DNA of 63,280 nt, counting the filler, from Octopus bimaculoides (Eukaryota), in the NCBI RefSeq assembly GCF_001194135.2. It is 6 parts of 5 records of this genome, joined end to end, with 100 filler letters (N's around TTAATTAATTAA, not from the genome) between each part and the next. Parts side by side here need not be neighbours in the genome. Positions count along the whole stretch, not along the records: positions 24,168 to 31,826 come from NC_068996.1; positions 31,927 to 49,147 come from NC_068996.1; 4 more parts are not named here. One strand, 5' to 3'. The position numbers and the translations under genes are program-made. How positions within the stretch are numbered: the first letter of the stretch is position 1; the number at the start of each line of letters is the position of its first letter. The notes beneath the pieces are model-generated. The model saw only the letters and a list, made by a program, of their open reading frames with translations, did no database searches and was not told the DNA's origin. Below, piece by piece: positions 24,546 through 36,760 of this stretch.

Positions 24546-25343
24546 CATTTGGTATGACTACACCCAAAAAGTAACAAAGACAGACTGTATGTACCAAGAA
24601 AAAGGGGAAGAAGAGGATTGATTGGATGCAAACACAGCATTAGAGCAGAAGAAAACAACATAGCATGGTATGTAATGCCACAGAACCGTTATTATTGGAA
24701 ATAAGAAAGTCAGGCTTGTGTAGGATGGAAGATTGCAAAGATAAAGCAGTGTACAAGCACTCGAGAATGAATGAAACTGAAAATTGGTGGATAAAGAAAA
24801 AAATGCATGGACATTTTCATAGGGATGTTGAAGATAAGACAGACAAAAACCGGAAACGGGGGCTCTAATTTGTGCTGCCCAAGAGCAGGCACTAAGAATA
24901 GACAACACATCAGAAAGTGATAAGGGCAGAATTTGTAGACAAAATGGTGAAACTATATGGCATATTACCAGTCAATATATGGCATTAGCTCAAAAAGAAC
25001 ACAGAGACATGATGACAATATGACAATATGGCAAGGATTGCTACAAGTATGTACAAACATAAACACGAAGGCATCATCGAAAATGATAATACAAAGATCC
25101 TGTTGGATTTTATGATTTAGTGCGACCATAAGATGGATAATAGGAAACCAGACATGGTCTTAATTGAGAAAGAAAGCAAACGAGGCTGGATCATAGATAT
25201 AGCATGCCCAGCTGACAAGGTATGCGATAAGGAAGAAAGAAAAGCCGATAGATATGACAGGTCAGCTTCGGAGTTTAAGCAGTTGTGGTCGCTAAAAAAG
25301 GTGGTAGTAGTACCAACAATTGTCGAAGCCCCGGGAACAGTGA
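24546..25343 (+). mobile_element. Second, diverged R4/Dong-like fragment
   Basis: KKMHGHFHR, CAAQEQAL, ILLDFMI*CDHKMDNRKPDMVLIEKE..WIIDIACP and VVVVPTIV. Confidence 0.8.
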
Positions 25344-25859
25344 GTTATAAAAATAAAACTACTGAATAATAATAATGATAATAGTTCCGGGCTAAATAAC
25401 AATATGGACGTACACTAAGAGGCTTTCTCCGCAAAATAAACTTAATCCAATAACATCGGTGCAATGGAAGGAAAACTTCGCGATACAACTATGGGAAAAA
25501 TCGTGTTAAATCAAAGGAACAAAAAAAATCGGAAAGATTTTCGTTACATACAGTGTAGCTTCTTTCTCAAATGCGTGATATCTCAATGTGACATACGCAA
25601 GACGTTGAAACCAGCACCAGGAACCCTTGAAAAACACACTAGTTACACAGTAAGTACGTAAATTAAATAATTACCTTTACATGCAACTGTCCATGCATCC
25701 ATGTGCACATGCTAATATTTACAAACAACATAATTAATGCCTACACGACACGCACGTACACACACAAAAAAAATAAAGCAAAAACACGTGTCACGAGCGA
25801 CGCTGTACCAAGCAAAAACAAAGCGATTCCCCACAAACGAATATAAAAAGGAGAAAATT

Positions 25860-26960
25860 AATCACTCAGTTTAAAACATCACTAAACAGTTATGCCCGGA
25901 AACATAGTGACCAAAATAAATAGAGACGATTTTTTATCTATTAGCCTACGATATGATAAATATATCCATTCAAAGAACAAGGAAGCTGTATCATGTCAAA
26001 AAGTCAATCTTGAACAAACAGACCCGTCTCCTATTGTCACCATCAATGCTTTAATCACAAGCCAAAACTCATGCCGGATCGGTCATCGGCCGGGACAAGG
26101 ACCGCGTTACCCAGATGGGAACCAGACTGAGGTCGAAAAGTCGACTGCTGGAACAAACTCTCAAAAAAACGAACTACTGGGTAACCAGAACCAGGATAAC
26201 CCTAACCCTAGACCTGTAGTGACACTACCAACAACACCACCGAAAGCAAAACGCATAAAATGGACTAGAGAGAACTATAGAGATATGTTGAAAGCTTCTT
26301 ATACAGCCAAAATAAACCCAAACAATAACTCATTGTACAAACATACACTTCATGGAGAAACTTAGTAGGCAAAGAAGTACGCTGATATATAGACACAAAT
26401 AAATAGATGCAAATAAATTAAGTAATGTACATAGAGACATCATTAAGAATAAAAGGTTAACTGACGCTGAAATTAACCAAATTAGGACACAAATGTAGCA
26501 TGGTAGACCAAATAAAAACAGCAACAATGCAGATGCACAGAACCCAGTTTACGAGCAGTACAAGAAAGCTGAAGAAAGAATAGCGAAGAACAGAAAAAGA
26601 GAAGAAAGCAAACCTACCTCAAGAACACCAGAATAGATATGACACAGAATTTGAGTTGAATAATAAAGAGATCATAGAAACAAAAAAAGATGTTATGAGA
26701 GAACTCAGCAAGACTAAATTTACTGACATGATCAATAGAGAACCGCTGCCAAAGTTTTCAAACAACATAAAAATTAACAACATAATCATGATATATAATA
26801 TTGCTCTTAGACAGATCTTAAGAAAAAAGGGAAATGACCTAACAACCTTAAATAACCTCATCTATTCCACTGCTAAAGTTGTAACTGCTCAATTAGGTAC
26901 CAGGACGATATCATGTCAATAGACCTCCTAAGTGGAAAGTAGCAATACAAAAAGCGATCG
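25860..26960 (+). mobile_element. R4/Dong-like retrotransposon N-terminal ORF remnant
   Basis: KRIKWTRENY, RLTDAEINQI, REPLPK, LNNLIYSTAKVVT and PKWKVAIQK, resembling N-terminal regions of this clade. Confidence 0.6.
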
Positions 26961-26989
26961 AATTTTTGCGGGTGAATTTTTGCGGGTGT

Positions 26990-28560
26990 CTAGCTCATGG
27001 AAAGGTTTATATGAATAAATGTTAAGACGAATCATGCTAGAAAAATCAACCAAAAATATAAAATGAAAGAGTTCAGTAGAGAGTGAGGGATTTTAGATCT
27101 GAACAAGATCTGTGCTAAACAAAGCCTACATTTATTCGATCCATTCACATGAGGTATGGATTTCTCAATTACTTTCCATTTAATCACGTGGTGTTTTGTT
27201 ATCTTTCAAAGTCCATACGTTGCTAGCCAACTTAGTAACTTTATTTTTATCCCTATATCGGAAGGAGGCTGAATGACAGCGATTTTTAAATTCCCCTTCA
27301 CATAATCCAATATAGATCTACTTATCAGTTGTATTATTATTTAGGGTTGCAGTAACTTCTGCCTCATGTATGATAGATTTAGTCATACATCGTTGATCAA
27401 GTGGACAGGATCTTTGGCCGCGACTGTTGCAACTAAATTTAGGCTCTTGATATTGACCACGTGTAATGATACTCTTCATATTGCGGATGTAGTTATATGA
27501 TAATTTCACAGAATACCTATTAAATGTTTTCCTGTATCTGTGAGTTACCAGAAAGTGTTTGTCCAAGAGAGACAGGAATCTTTTACTTATGTTAGTTTTT
27601 ATTTTAAGGGAAAAAGGAGGGGTGAAACAAATAACTTTCCTTGGCCTATTTGTAGGTCTTTTATTAATGCTAGAGGGGTTATGTATTACTTTATCTTTGA
27701 TGCCGCTCGATCTATTATTAGTATTTTTGATTATTATTAAAGAGATTATATATATCAATTTATCCTTGAAACTACTATTGGCTACGGCATTGTTATAATA
27801 TGGGGCGACTTTCTCGAAAATTTCTTTAAAAGAAGAAAGGTTAGACACTCTGTTACTAACATTAGCTCTCAGATTTTTAAATATTACAGGAGGGTGACAA
27901 GACTGTTTATGTATATATGCGTGTTTCTCATTAGGCTTATGGAAAGGTTTATATGAAGAGGAGTCTAAATCTAGAGCAACATCCAAATAATCAATTACAG
28001 GGAGATTAGTAGCTTCTGTAATTTAAAGTCCTAATTGATTAAAGGTTGAAATAAGTTGCTTTCTAAATCTATCGAGGGTGTGACCATCACACCCATGGGA
28101 AATACCCAAACTGTCATCACGGCCAATGTCATGAGATGGGTATTTATATCCCAATGTGTTTAATATAAATAAATCCATTAGGTCACAGACATCAGCACTA
28201 TCATATAATCCCATAGATACATCAAATAATTCATCACTATGCGAGTTCTTTTATCCATGCTAATCCTTTACTGAACAATAGTGTTTTCTTTATTTTTAGA
28301 AATAATACATTTCTAAATCTCTCAGAGAGATTTATGCAGTAGTGATACGATGAAGTAGTTGTATGCTGTCAACTTAATGTAAACATAAGGACACAGGAAA
28401 TGTGTCAAGGCCGACAGGAAGCGGTGCAGCTTCCTAGGTCTAACCAACAGCAGTATTATTCCCTTCAGGGGACTGTCACATTAAGTTGACAGCATACAAC
28501 TACTTCAATAGTGTTTTCCTCTCATGCCTGATAAAATCTTAGTCACCCTCCCTTACATAC
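26990..28560 (-). mobile_element. Penelope-like element: RT plus GIY-YIG remnant
   Basis: RHERKTLL|FSKGLAWIK, FDVSMG, ADVCDLM, RDDSL, LDLDSSSYKPFHKPN..YIHKQSCHPP, FTPPFS and YIGLCEGEFK. Confidence 0.9.
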
Positions 28561-28870
28561 ATAGCTCAACACATGAATTCAACTAGATATGACGAAATCA
28601 CATATCCTCATTTAAGCACCGACGTAAAGCTACTAGCACCTCATTATCTTCGAAAATTAGGCAATTAAAAGACGATAATATTCAATTTGAGATTACGTGG
28701 AGCATTGTTCGACGGGCTCCACCATATTGTAATGATAGATATGACTGCAGATCATGCCGCACGAGCTTTATGGAATATTAAAGCATCAGGGCTGCGTACT
28801 AAATATGAAATCAGAACTTAGGTTGGTATACTTGCACCTGGTTCGTCGAGTATTTGCAAGCTTTAAACCG
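28560..28870 (+). mobile_element. Penelope-like GIY-YIG C-terminal fragment in the opposite orientation
   Basis: IAQHMNS, LKDDNIQFEITWSIVRRAPPY and LNMKSEL. Confidence 0.65.
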
Positions 28871-28894
28871 GTTACGTAATTCTATACGTCGTCG

Positions 28895-29183
28895 TCGTCG
28901 AGGGTTCCAGTTGATTCGATCAACGGAACAGCCTGCTCGTGAAATTAACGTGCAAGTGGCTGAGCACTCCACAGACACGTGTACCCTTAACGTAGTTCTC
29001 GGGGATATTCAGCGTGACACAGTGTGACAAGGCTGACCCTTTGAATTACAGGAACAACAGAAACAAGAAGAAAGAGTGAGAGAAAGTTGTGGTGGAAGAG
29101 TACAGCAGGGTTCGCCACCATCCCTTGCCGGAGCCTCGTGGAACTTTAGGTGTTTTCGCACAATAAACACTCACAACGCCCGG
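28895..29183. mobile_element. SINE-like repeat (family D), truncated by a gap
   Basis: Shares about 110 bp with 11860-11970. Confidence 0.6.
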
Positions 29184-29652
29184 NNNNNNNNNNNNNNNNN
29201 NNNNNNNNNNNNNNNNNNNNNNNNNNNNNNNNNNNNNNNNNNNNNNNNNNNNNNNNNNNNNNNNNNNNNNNNNNNNNNNNNNNNNNNNNNNNNNNNNNNN
29301 NNNNNNNNNNNNNNNNNNNNNNNNNNNNNNNNNNNNNNNNNNNNNNNNNNNNNNNNNNNNNNNNNNNNNNNNNNNNNNNNNNNNNNNNNNNNNNNNNNNN
29401 NNNNNNNNNNNNNNNNNNNNNNNNNNNNNNNNATTCAATACGAGGAAAATAGGGATGAAAACATCCAGTCTTCCTTGGCTCAACTGTTTAATACCTAATT
29501 TAGTAGAGAAAAACTTTTACAATTCACATAGGCATATATTAAATTTAGAAAAAATAAAAAGAACATGGAGATATACAATTGTCAATTCAAAAATTAAAAT
29601 TTATTAACATAATATTGTATGTGGGTGCGTGTTTGTGTGTGTCAGTGCGTGC

Positions 29653-29699
<47 letters not shown>

Positions 29700-29961
29700 T
29701 GTAAATGACAGAGAAATATTTCGATGAATCTTTATTTAACGATAAAAAAAACCCTTTCTCACATATATATTTTAGATGGTTTGTAAAATGACACATTAAG
29801 GAGCTTTTTTATGAGTACTACAGGGTTACTTGGATCCATATATTGTGACTTAAATTTATATAGAGAGACAGACAGACAGACAGACAGACAGTGTGTGTGT
29901 GTGTATGTATGTGTGTGTGCGTGCGTGTGTGTGTGTACTTTAGTGGGTATAGTTACATGTT

Positions 29962-31106
29962 CATAGACATGACAGAAGTAAAGAGACACACTTATAATCA
30001 TTAAAATTTATTTAAATCTATAATTATACATTCAAATTATTTATTAATTGTTATAATGCGAATATTTAATATTTAGTGGACATGTCATCTGGATTTTTCA
30101 ATGCAAGATCCCTATTAGGCATGCTACTGATCGGATGACGAATATTCTCTTGCGGAATTTCTTGTCAAGTTTCATGCAGTAATCTCAAAAGATTTGGCTT
30201 TGAGGATGCTTCCTTATTCTTTTATGACGTGTCCTGTCCATTATGTCCCGGATGTGTTGAATAGGGTTCATATTTGGTGACTGGCTTGACCATGGAAACT
30301 TTTTAATGCCATTCTGATCCAACAAATCTTGGGTCATTTTAGCCGTATGACAGGGAGCCTCATCTACCATGAAGAAAGAGTCTTCTTTAATCATTTCACC
30401 ACTGGAGAAGATTGGAAGGAGTCCTTTCTGCAATATGGACACATATTTATCTGAGCTTATGTTTCCCTCACACTCTACCAACTCTGATCAATCATTGCTC
30501 CAAATTGCTCCCCAGACCATCACAGAATAACTGCCGTGTTTCATTGTTGGCTGCAATATTTTCACATGAAATTCTTGATCACAGAGTCTCCAATTTTTTC
30601 TCCGTTTGATGTTGGCTGGTCGAAGAAGTGGCTTCCTTCTTGCTGCTCTGCCATAGTATCCAAGTTTGTGGAGATACCTGACAGCTGTTCTGGGACTGAC
30701 ATCAACTTGTTCTTCTATGTTAGAGGCCTTGCAACGAGGATTATCTTCCACATTTCTCTTAACAAAGAGAAAGGTCCTGTCAGAGAGCCCTGATTGATCT
30801 GGACGAGATGATGTGGACTCCTTCCCCTCTCTAGTGAATTGCACAATCACTCTATTAACTGTAGAAAGCGGGATCCCAATTTTTTTTGCGATATTACGTT
30901 ATGTCCACCTTCAGAATGTCCACAATACGACCTCTTTGAAATTCAGACAGTTCCACGGCTTCTTTTGTACATGGCATAATTAAAAAGTCACATACAGAAC
31001 CTGAAACATAAAAATGTCAATTAATAAAAGATATAAAGCTTTAGAAGTTAGAATAAACATAAAATGATGTGTCATGGGGTATCTATTTACTTCTGTCGCG
31101 TCTGTG
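29962..31106 (-). mobile_element. Tc1-like DNA transposon with a degenerate transposase
   Basis: Approx. 27-bp TIRs CATAGACATGACAGAAGTAAAGAGACAC / GGTATCTATTTACTTCTGTCGCGTCTGTG; motifs [26 protein letters not shown] and WSSQSPNMNPI. Confidence 0.88.
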
Positions 31107-31430
31107 TGTCTATGGGTGTATTAGCTATGTATGTATGTGCGTAAGTATGTTGACGTGTATGCATATATGCGCGTATATATACGCATATGTATATGTATGT
31201 ATGTAATAATAATTGATGAAGGAAATGGGAGATAGATTTGACACTAGTCTTTATTCAGTACGATGATCTTTTCGACTCATCCTGCACTGCCTGTTATAAG
31301 TAGGATTTTGTTGCATCAATCTGCGCAGTTTGTGTCACATCAGGTACACGCGTAAAGAAGGGGATGTCCCGCTAGATATACAAAGATTCCTAGGCATGTT
31401 GTTCGTGCCTGCTATATCTTAGTTGTGTGT

Positions 31431-31740
31431 ATCTGTATATATAAAAATGAAAATGTGTGTCTGTCTGTCTGTGTGAATCCCTAAAACTCGAGAACTACGC
31501 AACCAATTTCATTCAAATTTTACACATGCCTTACTTAGGGTTCCAGTTGTGTTTTAGTCAAAAAAAATTATTAACTTCTTGCAGAGTTCGAGCACACGGC
31601 AACATAATATCTCCTCCACTATTTAAGTATTACGTGTCAAAAGTGAAACAAAAACACTCATGTCAAATACTTTCACTTTAAAAATGAAACTATTCCACTA
31701 ACTGAACCAATCACATTTCGATACTGTAGTGACAGATACT
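31431..31740 (+). mobile_element. Possible non-autonomous Helitron-like element 5' part
   Basis: Starts TCTGTATATATAAAAATGAAAATGTGTGTCTGTC, a start typical of Helitron/Helentron-derived MITEs; no 3' end visible. Confidence 0.35.
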
Positions 31741-31926
31741 TTCACAGAGAGAGAAAGAGAGAAAGAGAGAGACAGAAAGAGAGAGACAGAAAGAGAGAGA
31801 CAGAAAGAGAGAGACAGAAAGAGAGANNNNNNNNNNNNNNNNNNNNNNNNNNNNNNNNNNNNNNNNNNNNTTAATTAATTAANNNNNNNNNNNNNNNNNN
31901 NNNNNNNNNNNNNNNNNNNNNNNNNN

Positions 31927-33563
31927 TGGTGTTGATGGCTGTTACGTCTGTGGTGTGTGTGAGTGTTGGTGTTTGCGGTGGAGAAGGTGTTGCTATTTGT
32001 TGTGAGTGTGTGTTGTTGTTGTTGCCGATGATGTTGGGAAGCTCACCTTTTTCGCGCCTCCCCTCTTTGTCAATTGTTTCTTTTGTCTTTCTTCTTCGTT
32101 TTTTTTTTTTTGTTGGTGGTACAGTGTGCCACTTCCCTTTCTCACTAGCAGTGCTCGCACAATCCGAGCTGATCTGATCTGGAAAGGGAATGTTTGTCGG
32201 ATCTGGCGAAGATTCTTTTACAATTTCTGTTGTTGTTGTTGCTAGTTCTGTTATCTTCTTTGGTGTGGAGGTTCTTGGTGTTGGTGTTGGCGTTGGTGTT
32301 GGTTTGGTGATGGCTGGAGATGATGGTGTCGCTTTTCGTGGTGTTGGTGGTGATGGTGTTGGTGGTGTGGAGGCTTTTGGTTGTTGTTGTTGTTGCTGCA
32401 ATTTTCTGTTTTTGTCTGCCTCCATTCTTTGCTTGTAGATGGGGCAGTCTTTTTCTAGGTGTTTTTCACTGCTGCAGAGGTAGCACTTTGGTCTGCGCCC
32501 CTCTACAGCAATGTGTATTCTACTGCCATCCGGCAGGTTTATTGCGTCGGGTATGGTATTTATGCTATTTTGTTCAATCTGAACAAGGAGTTGCATTTCC
32601 ATGCCCAACCAGTTTTTTTCTTTCACTCTGTTCNNNNNNNNNNNNNNNNNNNNNNNNNNNNNNNNNNNNNNNNNNNNNNNNNNNNNNNNNNNNNNNNNNN
32701 NNNNNNNNNNNNNNNNNNNNNNNNNNNNNNNNNNNNNNNNNNNNNNNNNNNNNNNNNNNNNNNNNNNNNNNNNNNNNNNNNNNNNNNNNNNNNNNNNNNN
32801 NNNNNNNNNNNNNNNNNNNNNNNNNNNNNNNNNNNNNNNNNNNNNNNNNNNNNNNNNNNNNNNNNNNNNNNNNNNNNNNNNNNNNNNNNNNNNNNNNNNN
32901 NNNNNNNNNNNNNNNNNNNNNNNNNNNNNNNNNNNNNNNNNNNNNNNNNNNNNNNNNNNNNNNNNNNNNNNNNNNNNNNNNNNNNNNNNNNNNNNNNNNN
33001 NNNNNNNNNNNNNNNNNNNNNNNNNNNNNNNNNNNNNNNNNNNNNNNNNNNNNNNNNNNNNNNNNNNNNNNNNNNNNNNNNNNNNNNNNNNNNNNNNNNN
33101 NNNNNNNNNNNNNNNNNNNNNNNNNNNNNNNNNNNNNNNNNNNNNNNNNNNNNNNNNNNNNNNNNNNNNNNNNNNNNNNNNNNNNNNNNNNNNNNNNNNN
33201 NNNNNNNNNNNNNNNNNNNNNNNNNNNNNNNNNNNNNNNNNNNNNNNNNNNNNNNNNNNNNNNNNNNNNNNNNNNNNNNNNNNNNNNNNNNNNNNNNNNN
33301 NNNNNNNNNNNNNNNNNNNNNNNNNNNNNNNNNNNNNNNNNNNNNNNNNNNNNNNNNNNNNNNNNNNNNNNNNNNNNNNNNNNNNNNNNNNNNNNNNTTC
33401 ACCCCTAAATGGGGGAAATCTCGCCTAACCGACTAGCTCCGCAAGAACCTAGTCGGCTTGGCTACAACAATATATAAAAATTAAGACAGATTTCAAAAGA
33501 TTTCCGGGTAAAAACGGCAACAACTTACAGAGCTTCGGGAGACACGTCCATCCGCTTGAAAGG
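31927..33563 (-). mobile_element. Tx1/L1-like LINE 5' end and ORF1 (gag-like zinc knuckle)
   Basis: ORF 31927-32626 contains GRRPKCYLCSSEKHLEKDCP (CX2CX4HX4C) followed by Q- and P/T-rich linkers and a KKKKRRRK basic patch; a probable 5' UTR lies beyond the gap (33399-33563). Confidence 0.7.
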
Positions 33564-33564
33564 C

Positions 33565-33596
<32 letters not shown>

Positions 33597-33799
33597 CAAT
33601 AATAATAATAATAATAACCATGTCTCGCACATATGGTTATGATGCATGTGCCTGGTGTACCCTTATCAGACGGGTAGCCATGATGGGTATAATGGGCTTC
33701 GTATATTTTACCCCAGTGTCACTTTGATGGCATGCACTGCTCTCTCACTCAATAATAACAATAATAATAATAATGATAATGATGATGATGATAATAATA

Positions 33800-34060
33800 A
33801 TAATACCAATTATTGTTGAGTTCTGTGGGACAATATCAGAAGGCATCAAGAGGAATATAAAGGAAATTGGAATAGAGAATCCAGTAGAACTGTTACAAAA
33901 TGTTTGCCTCCTTGGCAGGGCCAGAATAATCAAGGAAGTATTAGATAGCTGAAAAGAATAAATAGCATGGTACTGTAGGCTGCAGGTAGTGAGCCCAGTA
34001 CGCATGCTAGACTCCAGGAGCTCCAACAAAACCTGTGATAAAGAGAAATAATAATAATAC
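33800..34060 (+). mobile_element. 5'-truncated R4/Dong-like 3' end flanked by (TAA)n
   Basis: GTISEGIKRNIKEIGIENPVELLQNVCLLGRARIIKEVLDS*; AAT repeats on both sides. Confidence 0.7.
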
Positions 34061-34814
34061 TGCACCATTTATATACACCATTTAGGAAATACATGAACTT
34101 CACGAATTCCTATTTCTTCTCTCTCTCTCTCTCTCTCTCTCTTCTTTTTTTTTCTCACACACACACCCGTTCTCTTCCTCCTTCCCTCTCTCCCCTCATT
34201 TTGAACTTCGAAGCCACCTCCCTTCAAAAAATATATGGCTTCTGTGTCCTAATAGAAACAAACCAGCATAACATTTGTCGTGGTGCTTTCTGCTGTGTGC
34301 AAGCAAGCTATCCGGGCAATCGGTGCTTTATTTAAATCGTTGCTGATTGGTTACACAGGTGGGAAGTGTGTTTCGCAGTTTCCCAGCCCACTTTCATCTA
34401 AAGCACCATGCTGCTTCGTGTACCATCTCTGCTGGGTCTTCGATTGCTAATCCACCCAAGTATTTCAGTCACTGCTTACCATTCCTAAGACACATCAATC
34501 GGGTTATTTCACAGTAGCAACAACATAATAATGAGAATAACATGCCAGTCCTTACATTTTTCTTAATGGCTTTCGGCAACCTGCAAAGTGGATTTGCTAT
34601 CGTTTCGAATAACCGTCTCTTGCAGTAGACAAATTTACCATTTCTGTTTTAATGCGTGCTGTTTGTTGACGCTTTTATTTATTTTTATTTTTTATCTATT
34701 TATTTTTATCATTTCATTATATGTAAACCCCCACACTTTATGTCTGTCTTTGTATTGTCCCCCACCCCCACCCTTCGCCTTGGTGGCAAATAAATGAAAT
34801 CATTATTATTTTTT

Positions 34815-34971
34815 CGTCTGTCTGCGTTCTGAGTTCAAATTCCGTCGAGGTCGACTTTGCCTTTCATCCTTTCGGGGTCGATTAAATAAGTACCAGTTGC
34901 GCACTGCAGTCGATATAATCGACTTAATCCCTTCCCACAAAATTTGAGGCCTTGAGTTTCCAGCAGAAAGG

Positions 34972-35049
<78 letters not shown>

Positions 35050-35060
35050 GTTATTGTTGT
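34815..35060 (+). mobile_element. SINE family B with an (ATT)n tail
   Basis: Core GAGTTCAAATTCCGCCGAGGTCGACTTTGCCTTTCATCCTTTCGGGGTCG. Other copies at about 36520-36715, 41700-41940, 48200-48425, 48680-49075, 50100-50520, 54670-55095, 56280-56580, 59505-59900 and 61500-61710. Confidence 0.85.
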
Positions 35061-35296
35061 CCCAATTTTTCAAATTATAATTGTTATTCTTAATATTATC
35101 GCCCCCCTCCCTTTTTCCTCTTTTAATGCTGTATACTATGTTTTATTTCCCCTCTTTTATTGTATACCGTGTATACATTACAAAGTTCTTTTTTCTTAAT
35201 CATTTCATTATGTGTAGGCACCAACAATTTATTCCTGTCTTTGTATTACCCCTCAACCGCCGTCATCCTTCGCCTCTGAGGCAATTAAAAGAAATC

Positions 35297-35473
35297 GTCA
35301 TCATCTTCATCACCATCATCATCGTCGTCGTCATCATCATCATCATCATCAGCATCATTATCATCGTCATCATGTTCTTTTTATTAATTTATTTATATAT
35401 TTATTTATTTATTATTATCATTATTATTATTATTATTATTATTATTAGTAGTAGTAGTAGTAGTAGTAGCAGC

Positions 35474-35511
<38 letters not shown>

Positions 35512-35536
35512 CAGCAGTAGTAGTAGTAGTAGTAGT
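35297..35536. repeat. Compound (CAT)n/(ATT)n/(AGT)n microsatellite
   Basis: Direct reading of the sequence. Confidence 0.95.
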
Positions 35537-36316
35537 ATTTTCATTTTTATTTCTTAATGTAGAAATTATATATTTATGACTTCTGTTTTCTTTTCTTTTT
35601 TTTTTTCTTTCTTTTCGACGAGATCACCAAAATATCTTTGAACATTTGGTCTTCGGTATAGGGTATCAGCGAGACCTCAGTTTTTGGCGGAACTCGCATC
35701 ACCCCCATCCCACCTCGCCAATTCTTCCCAGCAACGTTTTACGAAGTAAACCCTAACACAATATCGCAACCTAACGGGATTCTCGTCAAATTTTAAACGT
35801 TGCTGCTATTGCTTACAGCAGCGATCTGTATCCACACCATGGTACCCGTCAGCATCTACTTTTATTCTAGCCTATCCAGCTTTTGCTCTAACCTACCCAA
35901 TTCCATCTCTCCAGCCACCTCTATCGTACTTCATCTAGATACCGCATGAAACGCATTGAAATACATCCACCCATGTTGTTGTTTAGTTCCAGATCAGTTC
36001 TGTTTGGGTAGATCTGTAATAATAATCAGTGCTGGTTATAATTTCTATCGAATATCTGTAGAAATAACCTTAACAAGTAATGTAAAGCACACTGCTAACA
36101 CAGTAGAACACATTATTGAACATTATAAAAACATTTAATATACTTTATAGTATATCATGGTTGCATAACAAAATACCATGTACCTACAAGTCATTAGTAT
36201 TCATGTACCAGCTTCCAGGAATGCATTTAATATGTAAATTGGTATATCCGATAACTATACACCGCTATACTTAGTGGCTATTCAAGCAATGAGTTCATGG
36301 ATGATTAAGGGGTTAG

Positions 36317-36368
36317 ATGGGTGCTGATGAAGGGGAAAAAACGCCTGGAAATATGCATATATGCCCAT
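36317..36368 (+). ncRNA. Minimal type I hammerhead ribozyme-like motif
   Basis: ATGGGTG-CTGATGA-AGG(GGAAAAAACG)CCT-G-GAAA-T-ATGCAT-A-TA-TGCCCAT: canonical CUGAUGA and GAAA boxes, 7-bp stem I, palindromic stem III, AUA cleavage triplet. Confidence 0.7.
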
Positions 36369-36760
36369 TACCCATTTCTCATCTTCGATCTCATTGTTTT
36401 TTTTACATCTGACGGCTCCTATATGAAACGTAGCAACAAAAGTCAATGCTGGCTATGATTTCTATAGAATATGTATGCAGATAACCTTAACAAAGTAATG
36501 TACTAATAATACTATAGGCACAAGACCTGAAATTTGGGGGAAAAGGGCTAGTCGGTTACATCGATCCCAGTACTCTCAACTGGTACTTATTTTATCGACT
36601 CCGAAACGATGAAAGGCAAAGACGACCTCGGCGGAATTTGAACTCAGAACATAGACAAACAAAATTATTGCTAAGCATTTTGCCCGGCGTGCTAACGATT
36701 CCACCTGCTTACCTCAACAACAACAATACTAATAATAATAATAATAATGATAATAATAAT

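Noticed and set aside
25464-25661. Short ORF ending at a good GTAAGT donor (possible first exon)
   Set aside because: No recognisable homology and no partner exon; lies between retrotransposon fragments.
32320-33436. Long ORFs in the track made of X residues (also 6443-7202, 46542-47607, 55334-55858, 57165-57873)
   Set aside because: Read-through of N gaps.
35081-35557. Hydrophobic poly-I/poly-S ORF and similar ORFs (38047-38390, 7664-7937, 63086-63277)
   Set aside because: Translations of microsatellites.
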